DNA from: Rhizophagus irregularis
Taxonomy: Eukaryota
Reading direction: 5' to 3'
DNA length: 64,000 bases
Assembly: GCF_026210795.1 (NCBI RefSeq)
Contig: NC_089436.1
Location: 2,046,001 to 2,110,000 of the forward strand
Part shown: positions 38,533 to 52,828 of the stretch, one piece after another
Numbering within the stretch: the stretch's first letter is position 1
Layout: every line of letters begins with the position of its first letter
Made by a program: the position numbers and the translations under genes
Notes under the pieces: generated by a model
Databases searched by the model: none
What the model was told of the DNA's origin: nothing
Seen by the model: only the letters and a program-made list of their open reading frames with translations

Positions 38533-39840
38533 ATGTTAAGCGAATACGAAAAGAAACGTTTAAAAAACATAGAAACAAATAAACAAATTTTACGTGAACT
38601 AGGTTTAGAAAGACCACCTACTATAGAAGGTTATGTGAAAAAAACTAGTAAGCCAAATAATCGTAGAGCTGCAAATACTAATAGGAATAAGGATACTACA
38701 AGTTCAGAAACCGGTGATGATTCGATATCACGTGGGAGAGGGATAAGAAGATCATCGCGGTTAGCGAAACTGGTAAAAAATAAATTTATTAAAAATTGAT
38801 TCAATTTGGAACAGACATTAATGATCATTATCTAATAGCCCGCTAAAAGTTTTGAAGAAATTGAAGTCGTTGAAAGAAAACGTGATTCATATATTTCCAA
38901 AAAGGATCTTGATTGGAGAAAATATCGTCCTAATCCAAAACGATTTGGCGAAATTCCTGATGTAGAAGTTGGAGCTTGGTGGGCAACTCGTATGGAATGT
39001 AGTCATCAAGGAGTTCACGCGTAAGCATCACTACAATAATTTGATTGCTTTGACTTTAATAACATCTTTATATAAATCAGACCACCTGTGGCTGGGATCG
39101 CATTTGCTGAAAGTGAAGGAGCTTATAGCGTTGCTTTATCGGGAGTATGTATTCTTCTCATATGGAGTTTTATAATCAATAATTAATAATTATATATTGA
39201 TTTTTTAGGGATACGAAGATGATGTTGATTGGGGTAAATCAAACCACCATAATTTTTTTAACTTAATTTAATTTAATTTAATTCTTAATCAATTAAATGA
39301 TACATAGGAGAAGCGTTCACCTATACTGGTTCTGGTGGCAGAGATTTAAAGGGAACGAAGAACAATCCAAAGAATTTGAGGACTGGACCTCAGGTTAATA
39401 TACTAGATTGCTAATTTGTTAATTAAGTATTTTAACTTATTTATTATTATTAGACAAAGGATCAAATTTTATCTGCCGGGAATTTGGCTCTTAAAATTTC
39501 ATGTGAAACTAATAAACCCGTCCGAGTAATTAGGTAGCGTATTAAATTAATATGAATAGTTTCATGCAGTTTACAATTTTTAATTTTTAAACCTTTAAAT
39601 CTTTTCTTTTAAATATAATTATTGTATAGAGGACACAAATTAGATAACGAATTTGCACCTAAAGAAGGTTATCGGTATGATGGTTTATATACTGTTGAAA
39701 AATGGTGGGAAGAAACTGGGTTATCAGGATTTAAAGTTTTCAAATATGCATTTAAGAGAATGGCAGGTCAACTTCCATTAGGAACTTGTGAAAAGAGCTG
39801 GAGCGACAATGAGGAGGTTGACGATAATTGTAATGAATAA
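38533..39840 (+). CDS. Stand-alone SRA/YDG-domain protein (UHRF1-like methyl-CpG reader) with an N-terminal helix
   Basis: [85 protein letters not shown]. No PHD, Tudor or RING exons seen. Confidence 0.92.
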
Positions 39841-40239
39841 TAATATTATGATCTGTTGACTATTACGTGTATTTTCCTACCGTTAAATAAATTCCTTAGA
39901 AATTCGTTTAATAAACACTGAATCTTTGTTTTACCCCTCGGACTTCTTCGTAAATCTGAATCTTAAATGTATAACTTATATCAAAGGTTTCTTACCTAAT
40001 AAAATACATGATACGATTTATAAATTTGAAGACTTAAGAATTATGTTTACCAACTTTTAACCCATACCCTCTAATAAAAGGTTTTCTTACCAAAAAGCAT
40101 CGCCAAGTATTGGGAATTAATTCTTTAGGGTTTCTTACTCTTGCTTTTAATATTAAACTTTAATTTAAAAAAGAAAATAATGTAAAAACTTTTTACAAAA
40201 AAAGAATTTATTTTTTCAATTAGCATATTAAGGCTGCTA

Positions 40240-40261
40240 GGGGGGGGGGGGGGGGGGGGGG
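40240..40261 (+). repeat. Poly-G tract (22 nt)
   Basis: Directly visible; marks the start of the repeat-rich block. Confidence 0.9.
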
Positions 40262-42789
40262 AGGACAAAAAATAATACATAAAATACAATACATGACCAG
40301 AATTACCATTAATATTGGCTAAAATTTTGACCAAAAGAGTGAGCAAAAATTTTGAATGATAATTCCGGCCAATACTTAAAGATTTGTATAATTCCGGCCT
40401 AAATTACATGTATTTTTTTTACATAAAAAATCCAAAAACAGGGGGGAAGGAGTTATGTTAAACGAAAAATTGAATTGGTGCGGCCTAAGGTTAGGTCAAA
40501 TTGGATAATTTGAAGTATTGGATTATAAATTGAATTAAATCAAATATCAGATTACAAATTTTAAAGTTTTTTAGAGCATCAAATTCAAATTATTATAGTA
40601 TTCTAATTAATTACAGCATTTCAAAATTTCTAATTAGTTTATTAAAATGAAATTTCTTAATTTGCACTGGATGTTTATACATATATTATGTGAATTTATT
40701 AAAAAGTCATGTAAAAAAAATTTTAATAAATATAATTTAAAAGGAACATGCAATATGTGCATTTTTATCTGTTTCACAAATTTACTTAAAATGTCCAAGT
40801 TGATTTTGAATGTCAATTTTGATTTATTTAATAAATTCTTTTTTTTCCTGATTTTTTATTAAATTTAATTCTGCTTAACATTAAATAATCAGCATAGAAA
40901 ATTTACTTTTTGGAAACCTGTATACTTGAAATCAAATATATTTAAATATACTTAATTTTAATTCAGAGAATTTAACATCCAATTAAAATTTTAACTATAT
41001 TATATCTGACTAAACAAATACTTAAATAACTACTAAACCTATTTAAATACTTAAATATACTCAAATTATTTAAATAATTATTGTGTATAAATAGAAATTA
41101 TCTATTAAAATTCTATAAAATTTACTTGTTATATTTATAAAACATTTAATTTTTATGAAACTACTTATTAATCATATAAAATATTTTTTTTTTTTACTAT
41201 TTAACTTTATAGTGATCAATATTTAATTATGATATATAAAATATTTAAAAAATTACCTAATTTTCAAAAATTTTAAATATATTTTACTTTTAATAGAAGT
41301 TTTTAGAAAAATTTATTAGTAAATTTATTATTAATGTTATTGGTTATAAACTAGTTTAAAAAAGAAAAAAAATCATATAATATTTCCTTTTTATATATAA
41401 TTTATTAATTATATTTTTCCAATATTAAATACTTTTTTTTGCAAAAATTTTAAATAAAAAATTTAAAAGATATTTAATTTTAGGAGTTTTTTTTATTAGT
41501 ATAATATTTTTTCTAATACAATTTAAAAAGTTTGAAATAATGCTAATTTTTATTTTTTTAGATATTAATAATTGTTAATTTGAAAAATAAAAATATAAAA
41601 ATTCATATAATATTTATTCTCTAAAACTGTAACTTTCAAATAATATATAAATTAAAGTATTTTATTATATAAAATTTGAGAATATATACTCATGAGATAT
41701 ATTTGTTATTGCACTTAAATGGGTAGTGATTAGATATATTTTGTATTTTAACCTAACAGTAAAATTTAATAAAGATAATCAGCTCTTTTTAAAAATAATT
41801 TTTTATAAAAAATAATTTTTAAAAATATAAAAGTAAAAAATCATGTTTATTCTTTTACAACTAAATAAGTTTTTTATTTGCATTCCTTAATATTATATTC
41901 TTTTTCCTAATAATAATTACACGTTTTAAATGAAGTTGATATATTTTGAACATTACTCTCTTCTATTAATGATAACACTTCAGAAAACGTCATTTTGGCT
42001 TATAATATTCCAGATTTAAAATTTTTGGAATATTACTATCAAATATTAATAGAATTACAGAAGGCTCTTCATAACAAATTACTTTTATATTCAAGCAGTA
42101 TTTTGACAGTATTTTATAATAATTCTATAAGAAGTCTAGCTAACTAGCAATTTAAACACTAGTTTTTGCTACTGACATCATAATACTGAATTTGATCTTT
42201 TTATTAATATTTTCTCTAATAATCGATGTATAAGTATTAGCAATTTATATTTGATTAATATATTGTAATGAATTGGTTGTATAAGTTGTAGATCTTTAAT
42301 TAATTGTAATATAATTGTTTGTTTCAGATGGTATTAATTCAAACAAACATAAAACTCATGTGAAAAATAACTTTGTTAGATTGGAGAAAAATCTGATATT
42401 AGTGCTGATATAGCATTTCCTGGTTGATAATATATATGTATGTACAAAGTAATGTTATTTCTCCAAATATCACTACATAATATAACTTTATTAATGAAGA
42501 TATTGCAATATAATTAACTTCCTATATTTCTTGAATTTCTTTTTTATCAATATTTATTAAAAGTTCTTATAATTTAATTTGTGATCTATTATATATATGT
42601 TTTACAATATTTCCAAATTTTTCATCAAATTCATTAATTTATTCAATAGAAACTAAAGTTCTTTGGTATAATAATGCCTGTTTCATTTAAGCTCTTATAT
42701 CTTTAAAAATAGTATCAGTTAATAGGTTTGCACTATAATAATTTTTAATTTAATTATATTGTGATTCTTTATCTATCTATATATATATA

Positions 42790-43430
42790 TAGTGCACACA
42801 GTCTAAAGCCACCACTTTTTATTATGTGATTTCAAATGAATAGAAAAAAAAATTTAATCAATATTTTTTTAAAAAACTTTCTGTAATATTGTAGTTTAAA
42901 CAGTATACTTTTATGTAACAGAGAGTTTTTTCAAATTGAATTACTGTAGCATAAGATATATAAGTTTTAATTTTGGTTATTTTACTATGTTTTGAATAAA
43001 TTTGGAGGAATTTGGCCAGTTTAATACTAATATAATGCAGGCCAAAATTTATAAACTGGCCTAAATTAAGAATTAATATAAAGATATTTTTGTTTAAATA
43101 ACTGAATGAGAATTATTTATCTTTAATTTTATTTTTTTTTTGAAACAAATTAAATATATGTTTATTATTCTTAATTAATATAGAAAAAATTTAATAGGTA
43201 TTACAATTTTAAATATAATAAAATAACAGGTTCTTTCTGATAATATGAATTTATAAATCATTTTAGCCAGAATTAATATTAATTCTGGCTAAACAATTGG
43301 TATTCTATTCTACAAACCCACCTATATATATATATGATAAGTAAATATTGACCAATGAAATTTGCTCACGTGATTTTATATAAATTTGGCCAAAAAATAA
43401 AAAAGTGGTGGCTTTAGACTATGCACATTA
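42790..43430. mobile_element. MITE with ~35 bp TIRs inserted in a TA-rich site
   Basis: TAGTGCACACAGTCTAAAGCCACCACTTTTTATT is the near reverse complement of AATAAAAAAGTGGTGGCTTTAGACTATGCACATTA. Confidence 0.8.
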
Positions 43431-43629
43431 TATATTTATTTATTTATTTATTTTCTATCTTCTTTACCAATTCCTTTAATAAAATTCCTTGATTTACATG
43501 CTTTTTAAAAACTTCATTTAAAGATTCAATATATTGTGTTAATTCTATTTCTATTGTAAAAACTTTTGCAATAAAATATCTTACTTATGAATTGCAAGTA
43601 ATAAACATTAAACTGAAATTGGTTAATTT

Positions 43630-45680
43630 TAACCTCCGAAATGGTCAAAATGGTCAAAATGATTTCGACTTGAGCCCCTCCAAAAGTCAAAATGGTCAAA
43701 ATTACGTCATAGTCATATGATTTTATAGTAAACAATAATATTAAAATTCAAAATTAACGAACTCCGCATCCAGTGATTCGAATTTTATGATCTTTACACG
43801 GTTGGATTCAGCTCATCGAGAGGATTCCAATGATATGTATTTCATATCTGTAGCATCAATATTGATGGAGTTGTTCACGTTTAAAATTTGGTATTAAATA
43901 GTCACATATGTGCCGATTTTTGGAATTAGTCTAAATTAAGATTTTTATAAAAATTTAATATTTTAGTAAGATTAACATTACACAAATCTAAATTAAATAT
44001 GTGTTACATATTTACGTAACTCAGATTTAATAAAAAATAATAAAAATTTTTTTAATCAATATTCAAAAATAACGGTAATAATCACTTCTTTTTCCCCATC
44101 ACTGCCCATCACTTTTCCATCATTTTTCTATTCACTTTTATTAAATATGACAAAAAAGTTTATAAGCAAATATAGCAGTTATTTTTAAGTGGTAAGTAAA
44201 AGAAAAAACTTAATATTTTATATACATAGATAAGACATATTTTTTCATAATTTTTAGCTTTAATTTATTGTTTTTTCTTTGTAAAAAATACATGCAAATA
44301 AAAAATAATTATGATGTAAAATAGTTGTAAAATGAATAATAAGATATTCTTTTTTTTCAAAATAACTAATTATATATTTGTTTTTTATTTTTTAAAATTA
44401 TTTTATTAGATTTATTCTACTAAAATCCTTAAATGGCAAATAAAATCTTTTAAATAAAGTAAAAGAATTTGGGATTCTCTTATGAAAGCATTTTTTGGTA
44501 AGAAATAAAATTTTCAGATCGGACTTTATGCAGGTGACAAAATCGTGCATTATTATTCCTGGAGATATGCTAACGTCATTATTTTACATTCATTTGAAAG
44601 CTGAGAATTTGCTCTATCGTAAGAATTAAAGATCAGGAAAATTGGATCACTGGATGAGGCGTAATTAACGATCAAAGTCAAATCAAATTTAAAAATTAAA
44701 AATAAATATATTAGACGTAATTATTCACAATCCAGTGATTCAATTCATTCGATTTTAGGCTTATTAGATAGACTCAATTTTCTCTTTCAAATGAATATAA
44801 TTTCATTCGTGTAGCTTGCATTTACAGGTATTTAATAAATTTTTTTATATCAGATTTTATCAAACTTATAAAATTTTATATTAATAATATAATTGATGAT
44901 TCCTAAACATCTACATATATTAAACGAATTATTTTAAATTTATTTTAAAGATAAAAGTTGGCATCACCTTAGGGAGCAAAGATCATTCAAATTGAATCAC
45001 TACATGTGAAGTAATTAATGATCAAATTTAGATAAAATTCAATAAATATACTGAACGTAATTACTGAGCAACTAGTGATTCAATTCACTTGATTTTAGAT
45101 TCATTAGATAGATCTCGATTTTCTCTTTCAAATGAATGTAAATTTATTTGTATAGCTTATTTCTACGAAGAATTATCAATGATTTTGTCATGAAAGTTAT
45201 ATTTGATCTTTTAAATTTTAATGATATCTTATATTAAAAAAAAATTAAAAATTATATAATTAATTAGTTTTTTTTGCATTATCTAGTATAAATTTATTAT
45301 TCTTATATAAATGATAATTTATATTTGCTTTAATAAAATTATTTTTGTGTAAAAAAATTAGATTCCAAGGATCGGCCCATATGATAATTTTTATAGTAAA
45401 TAATAATATTAAAATTCAAAGTTAACGAACTCCGCATCCAGTAATTCGAATTTTATGATCTTTACACGGTTGGATTCAGCTCATCGAGAGGATTCCAATG
45501 ATATGTATTTCATATCTGTAGCATCAATATTGACGGAGTTATTCACGTTTAAAATTTTATATTAAATTATAATTATAAAAATTACATGACTATGATGTAA
45601 TTTCAACCATTTCGACTTTAATTTCAACTTTTGACCTTCCCAAGTCGAAATATTTCTATTCTTGGGCTTTAATTTTGACT
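43630..45680. mobile_element. Non-autonomous TIR element carrying five palindromic modules, two of them forming a ~170 bp direct repeat
   Basis: Inverted pair AGTCAAAATGGTCAAAATTACGTCATAGTCATATGATTTTATA (~43686-43728) / TATAAAATTACATGACTATGATGTAATTTCAACCATTTCGACT (~45574-45616). Near-identical direct repeats at ~43720-43889 and ~45386-45557. Ends approximate. Confidence 0.65.
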
Positions 45681-45807
45681 TCATGTATAGTAAGTAAGAT
45701 AAAGTTTTTTCTCAAAATAAAATCAGTATGGCTTATATTTTGTAAATATATCATTATATCTTACTTTAAATTGATACTCATTGTACCTATTTTGCATATA
45801 ATAAAAT

Positions 45808-46199
45808 TAGTGCTCTACATGAGCCAAGCCAGCTCGTGAGCTTTTAAGCTGAGCCAAATCAAGCCAAACAAGCTGCAATTATAGCTTGGCTTAGTGTTGG
45901 CTTAACTCAATTTATTAAAAATTAAAACTAAAGTTTCAAAATGTGATAACTTCGCCAATATTGCTCCAAATTTAATGATTTTACTACCATTCGATTCCTC
46001 TTTATGAGACGAATCTAATGGTAGTAAAATCATTAAATTTGGAGCAATATTAGCGAAGATATCACGTTTTGAAATTTTAGTTATACTAAATTTTATATAA
46101 TTTGAAAATGAGCCAGCTTGTGCACTTTTGGAACAAGCCAAGCTCAGCCAAGCTGAGCTAGCCCTTAGCTCGGCTCAAGCTGGCTCATGTAGAGCTTTA
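45808..46199. mobile_element. hAT-type MITE with GAGCCAAGC subterminal repeats and a central palindrome
   Basis: TIR TAGTGCTCTACATGAGCCA / TGGCTCATGTAGAGCTTTA; imperfect 8-bp flanks AATAAAAT/ATAAAAAT; central palindrome at ~45945-46065. Confidence 0.75.
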
Positions 46200-46642
46200 A
46201 TAAAAATTCTCAATAAAACTTTTAATCATTTCAATATGCAATTTGAATTTAGTTTTCTTTTTTATATTTTTAATAATATAATAGATGTATAGTAAGTGAC
46301 ATATTCTTTAATAAATAAACATTTCTGAATTACTATTAGTAAACAGTATAAAAAACAAAAGATTATTTAATTACTTCTAATATATATCGTAAAATCCAAT
46401 TACATATCCGCCAATCTGCAGAATTAACAAAATTTGTCTGAATTAAGGAATTTGACAATAATTTAATAAAAATTAGGTAAATTAAGTTTCGCAAAAATGA
46501 TCACACTTGTGCTACATAATCATATGACAGATATCAAGAAATTACTTTAACAAAAAAGTAGCATTAAAAAATTTTTTTTTTTTGTAAACTCCCTATTAAA
46601 CTCCCCATCAACTCCCTCATCAACTTTTCAACCAGTTTTTAC

Positions 46643-47840
46643 TAAAGCTCCGAATGGGTCAGTTTGGTCCGGATTATAGACGGTTCGGATTAGAGCCGAA
46701 ATCCGTAAGAACTGAACCGAAAAACTGGCAGTTCGGTTCGGTTTAATCCGATTTTTATAAAAATGCGAAAAATCGAATAGCCGGCCATCTAGTGATCGTA
46801 TAAAGTCGCGCCATATATCATTGGATTCGTCTAGACGAGACGCGTCGAATGGTGGTAAGATCATGTCTCTAGCATCAATAGATCACACGTTAACCCACGC
46901 TAAATGATTTATCAATAATTGGAATTAGCAAGCTATCTATCAGTGCTAGAGATATGATCTTAGCACCATTCGACGCGTCTCAGTGAGACGAATCCAATGA
47001 ATATAAATTCGTTTGTGTACGACTACTAGATGGCGAATAATATCAAGTTTTGCATTTTTTTAAAATTTTCGAGCGTTAAAAATTAAAAATTCCTATGCAT
47101 GAATTTATTCGTCGTCCAATGGTCATACAAATATGAATTAGAACTCATTAGATTCGTCTCGATGAGACGAGTTGAATGGTGGTGAGATCATATCTCTAGC
47201 ATTAATAGATCGTAAGTTAATTCACGCTAAATAATTTATAAAAAATTGGCATTAGCAAGCTATTTATCGATGCTAGAGACGTGATCTTACCACCATTCGA
47301 CTCATCTCATCGAGACGAATCCAATGAGTCCTAATTCATATTTGTATGACTATTGGACAACGAATAAATTCATGTATCGGAATTTTTAATTTTTAACGCT
47401 CGAAAATTTTAAAGAAATGCGAAACTTGATATTATTCGCTATCTAGTGGTTGTACACGAACGAATTTATATTCATTGGATTCGTCTCGCTAAAGACGCGT
47501 CGAATGGTGCTAAGATCGTATGCATATACCGATATATAATTTCACTAATTCCAATTATTGATAAATCATTTAGCGTAGGTTAACGTGTGATCTATGGATG
47601 CTAGAGACATGATCGTACCACCATTCGACGCGTCTTGTCGAGAAGAATCCAATGATATATGGCTCAACTTTGTACGATCACTAGATGGCCGGCTATTCGA
47701 TTTTTCGCTTTTTATAAAAATCGGATTAAACCGAATCGAACTGCCGGTTTTTCGGTTCTAATACCCAAACTGAACCGAACCGAATTTTGAGCCGGTTTCA
47801 GATCGGTTCCCCGGTTTAGCTCGAACCGTTCAGAGCTTTA
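46643..47840. mobile_element. 1.2 kb non-autonomous hAT-type element that is almost wholly an inverted repeat
   Basis: TIR TAAAGCTC(C/T)GAA; perfect 8-bp TSD GTTTTTAC (46635-46642, 47841-47848); AACCG/CGGTT subterminal repeats; arms ~46715-47215 and ~47260-47760 are reverse complements. Confidence 0.88.
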
Positions 47841-48681
47841 GTTTTTACATCAAGTAAGTTGAGAATTTTTGCAAGTATATTAGTAATTATTTTATATTAA
47901 ATACAACTTGGAGCTGTTTTTTTATTTTTTTTTTTATAGTTTATAGAAAAAATTTATTTAGAAAGCAAAATTATTCAAAAAAAATATTTCAATAAATAAA
48001 TAACTCTAAATATTAATAATGATATTTTAGCGAATTTAGATTATGTATTGATTAGTTGTTTAATTAAAAATCTATTTGATATTTATTATTAATTATTTTT
48101 CAGTTAATTTTTTTTCGTTAAATCATTAAATATTCTGGATTTTGTAAAGTTTTTCTTTTTTTTTTAATAAACTAACTTGATAATATTTTTTCCTTTTTTT
48201 TCTAGAAACTCCTTCTACTAGTTTCGAGTTAAATAGGTAAATATTTTGGGAGAAGTCTTAAAAGTTTTTTTTATATATTTTTTGACATTTTTTCTTATGT
48301 AAGAACGGTGTTTGATCGATTTTAATCAGTACTGCGCCATATAACTAATAATCGGCAAATTCTGTGAATCGGTAAATATGATAATCTACCTGTATTTCAT
48401 TAATACTTGAGCGAAAACTCTTGTCTTAAAATTATTATCAATACTAACAAATAAGTAAAGTACTATTTTAGGACCCCGAAAAATACATATAAAGGTCACA
48501 TGTAAGTTTGCTTAACCATATTAATAAAATTTCCAAAAGTCATAAAATTTTATTTGCATAGATTTTGAGATTTTTTAAAAGGTTATATATATAGTTTGCG
48601 TAATAACAATCATTTTTATATGTCATATATTTTAATTTGCGTAGTCAACAGTATTTTTTAATAAAATATATATATATATAT

Positions 48682-48875
48682 AATTCTAGCAGTCTTCTAC
48701 TAATTAGCAGCATAACGCCTTAGAATTCCAGCAATTTTCTACTAATTAGCAGCATAACGCCTTGGAATTCCGGCAATTTTCTACTAATTAGTAGCATAAC
48801 ACCTTGGAATTCCAGCAATTTTTTACTAATTAGCAGCATAATGCCTTGGAATTCCCTAATAAGCAGCATTACGCA
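48682..48875. repeat. 42-bp minisatellite (~4.5 copies) inside the transposon
   Basis: Unit GGAATTCCAGCAATTTTCTACTAATTAGCAGCATAACGCCTT; it explains spurious ORF 48720..48911. Confidence 0.9.
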
Positions 48876-49353
48876 TAGTATAATACATAAATTTTTGAAA
48901 ATACATAACAATCACCAGACAAATCCAGTTACACCAATTTACTAATTGTTAAAATTCTGTGTAACATTAATCGTTAAACTTCATTCAATATTAACTTATT
49001 CAAACATAATGTTACGTCATGATTTTATCACAGAAAATCAACTTCTGACTTCCATTTTAGGTATTAAATTCATTTTTTTGAACATTAACTAATTAAAATA
49101 GAAATTCAAAATATTCGAGATTTTTTTCATTATTTTGGTCTTTTTTCTCAAGATCCTTTTTAATTTCAAGCTGTTAAATATCAACAATAGCCAAAATATA
49201 TGTAAAAAGATGTGCCAGTTACGTCTACTTTATCTTATAAAATTAGTTTACATACTAGATTTTTTTTTATATATGTAAAAACACTTTTTGTAATAGAAAT
49301 GCACTTTTTCAATATTACAACCTGACTTTATTGCTTTGAAAAAAAGATATTAC

Positions 49354-52300
49354 CTATTTACTTTTCTTTTTACGCCTAATATTATTATTCCAATACCTTT
49401 TAACACGCTGGATATTCCATTCTTGTGATAGTTTACTTAAGACTTCATTAATTTCAGTTTCTGTGGGTATTATTTCCTTTTGTAACAAGCAACTTAAGAT
49501 TTGTTTTTCTTCTTCAGTTGTTATAATTCTAATTCTTTGGTGTTTTAGTTGAGGCTCATTTTGATTGTCTAATTCAATACTTGCTCTTTTTAAATTACCT
49601 TTAACTGACTGAAGAACTTGTTCGTTAGATTGAATGGGTAACACACCAGATGATTGATTCCCATTATTTTTTGGCACAGTATTCTTTCTTGGTTTTTTAT
49701 TTTTTGATAAATCAGAAATTTTAGTTTTCATTACTGACAATACCCTTCTTCCTTTAGTATTAATTACCTCAGTTTTTATTACTTCTTGCCGAAAAATTTC
49801 TTTGATTCTCTTTAATCCATCCATATATGCTTGGTTTATTTTTATTAATCCTTCTTGATTCAATTGGGGTGGAGAGTTTTTCTTAAAAAGATCATGATTA
49901 ATAGGATTATCCATTTCGAATGCTTCTAATAAATCATGCACTAATTTTCATAATGGTTCAATATGATTATTTGTGTTGCGATCCTTATGTTGATATGTGT
50001 AAGTACCCAGAAATTCATTTAATAATGTATCTATTCGATTTCTTTCCTCTTGAGTTGCTTTAATTTGTAACTCTAAGTTTTCTTGATTACACGAATTTCC
50101 AGTAATATTCTGTTTAATATAAGCAACACCATGAGTTTCTAACGCTTCATCAAAAGCAGGATAATGTCCTTCTCTTGCTAAATTTATAGAAACACAAAGA
50201 CGAAGTTTTTTTTCTAACAGTGGATATTTTTCTAAATTCGCAAGAAAATGTGTAACAGAAGTAGCATAATTGCTTTTTCCCGCGACAGGAAAAAGTGGAG
50301 CAAAAGCTGCTAATCTAAATTTTTGTAATTCATAATTTCCACAGCGTATTCCGGTAAGATGAGTTTTCCATATTGCAAACCATTCATAATATAAGTACCA
50401 TATTCTTAAGTATATTTTCTCATTTGCAGGACAAGATAATATTTCTTGATTTTAATCTTACTTTTTTGTAAGTATATATTAATGGCTGCTCCAACTGCAA
50501 CCCAGATTAGTTCTAAAACCCTTCTTGTAGATCGATAGTCAATAACAGCTGCAAATTTATCCAAAAATTTCACACCTAAAGCCGTAGCCAAATCATATAT
50601 TCCGTAACTTGAAAATAATGTAACCAAGGCGCTCATCATATCCTTTGAGGTGTGCCACTAACCAAGAATAGGCCGTATATTTTCTGATTTATTGCGGCAT
50701 TTAATTAATCGTCTAAATATCGCCTCATCTGCACAAATATCTAGAAAATCATTCTCCTCCAAAGAAAAATCTCTTCTATACATTTCCGTAACATGTAAGA
50801 TTTCGTTATCATCATTTGAAAATCCACTTGGTTCTAGTATGACTACGTTTGGAGGTAGAAGATTACAGCCGAATTCTGTTTGCCTTAATATTTCTGAATT
50901 TATTGCTGTAAGATCAATCTTATTGTATTCTAGTTCTTGTCTTTCATTGTACCGGAATGCCAGCAAACTTATAAAAATTTCATTTATTTTGAAAATAATA
51001 TCGCGCATTTCTTGTGATATTCCAAAGATTTGTGTATCAATATTTAGATCACGTATTGGTTCTGGTTTTTCAACAATAACTTCCGGTAATGAAAACTGAA
51101 ACACCATTCTTAGCGTAGCATGTAATGTACCTCAAGTTACATCATAAATATTTCCAAATTGAAAGCTTCTTTCTTTAAAATCGATATTATCAATCACAGC
51201 TAAATTAAAGACATTTTTTTCGGTCAATAGGCGTTTAGAAGGGTCAGCACTTTTCATCCGTATTTTTTCCAATCTTCGTTCATGTCTATTCGTATGTCCA
51301 ATAATAGAACATTTGGTTAAAAGGTCATGCAATGAAGATAATAATTTTGGTCATCGGCATAATAAAGCTAATACATTCGGTAGCCACAAATTTAGGTATG
51401 GAAATGTAAAATTAATTAAAGCTGAAATTAATAAAGAAAGAAGATGGTTGATTTTTTGCGAATCTAATTCCTTTAATGATTTTTCTTTTAGGAGTCATTT
51501 TCGGTTGGATTCTGCGGTCTTTCTTTCCAATATTGTTGTAAGCATGGACTCAAAAAAATTCGTTAAAGATCCGGGAAATACACTAATATAATCATTAAGA
51601 CTTTTTGGAGTTTGTAAGTTATTTATATTTTTTTTAAGACATTTATATGATTGCCATAGATTTTGTCCCATTTTCTGGCCAATTTCTTTATATTTTAGCT
51701 CATTCAATTCCTCTTCTTGAAATTCGATAGGAATTTGGTTTAATTTTATTACTGTTTTTAATATAAAATAACTTGGAGCACTGTGATTAGAATATAGAGA
51801 TTTATCGAGTGTATTAGATATGTCTGGTTGTGATACTATTGTAGATTTATTTTTTGCATTAAAAAATGGACTAATTTGTGGCAAAATTGCCGTAAGAACA
51901 TTTTCCTGATATTCAAAATTTTCATTATTTGTGACGTGTAGAAGCCAATTGGCCAACATTTTCAAGTTTTTTTTTATATCCCCCTTATGGTCTCCCCTTT
52001 TTTTACATGATAGTGTTTCTCGACCTCTTTCTGGTCTAGTGTAAAAATGTCCTCCTTCATGTTCATAACAATTACAACATACATATCGAGGATTTTTAAT
52101 TTTATCAAAAGCATGTTCACATAAAGAATTGTATGGTTCTAACGCGCTACAATTAATTGGCCATTACAGACCACTTGAACATTCCTTTCAATTATCTTCC
52201 ATGAATGTTTCTCGCATCCCGTGCCTCGTGTAAAAAAATAATAAAGTTTTTCACAAAATAAATATCTTCTTCGATAAAGTACACTTTGACTTGTGTCTTT

Positions 52301-52828
52301 TAATTGTTTAAAGCCCGGCTCATAAAGATTTTTTTGATCATTGTTAAAATGATAACTATAAACGCCTAGCCATTCTAATACACCATCTGCTTCAACAATG
52401 CTTTTCCCATCTATTTGATATAGTACATCACAAAGCTGCCATAATGTTCAAAAACTTTTTGAATTTTCACATCTTTTAATATGGCCTTCGATCTTATCAA
52501 CAATAACACATCGTATTAAATTTTTAGATGCTTTTTGTTCAATAATTATATCATTGTCTTCCGAATCTGTTTCTGAAATTGAATCATCGTCAAATATACT
52601 ATCTGTTTCACTTGTATCCTCTATATCAATAACTTTTTTTAAATATTTTTCATCCAAAGACAAAGTAACTTGTTCAATTTCAGTTTCAAAATTATCATCA
52701 TATATAGTTTCAGATTTCGTGTTTTCACTATCAAAAAGACAATATTCTTCGCTTCCTTTTGGTAAAATACTTGATATTCCTAAAAGTGAAGCTTTTGGGG
52801 CTTTTTCGTGTGTTTTATTTAAAGACAT
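49354..52828 (-). pseudogene. Disrupted DDE-type transposase (DUF6589/Academ-like) with Cys-rich N-terminal part and C-terminal homeodomain-like motif
   Basis: Collinear fragments AVIDNIDF, HATLRM, ICADEAIF, PILG*WHTSKDM, IRCGNY, FAPLFPVAGKSNY, FDEALETHGVAYIKQ and C-terminal WNIQRVKRYWNN. In-frame stops at ~52448, 51495, 51132 and 50658; frameshift near 50450. Confidence 0.75.

Noticed and set aside
41900..42760. Codon-like decayed sequence on the minus strand
   Set aside because: Too many stops and no identifiable motif; probably an old TE relic that cannot be assigned.
48682..48875. CRISPR-like regular repeats
   Set aside because: Units are contiguous with no unique spacers; eukaryotic context; no cas genes. 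It is a minisatellite.
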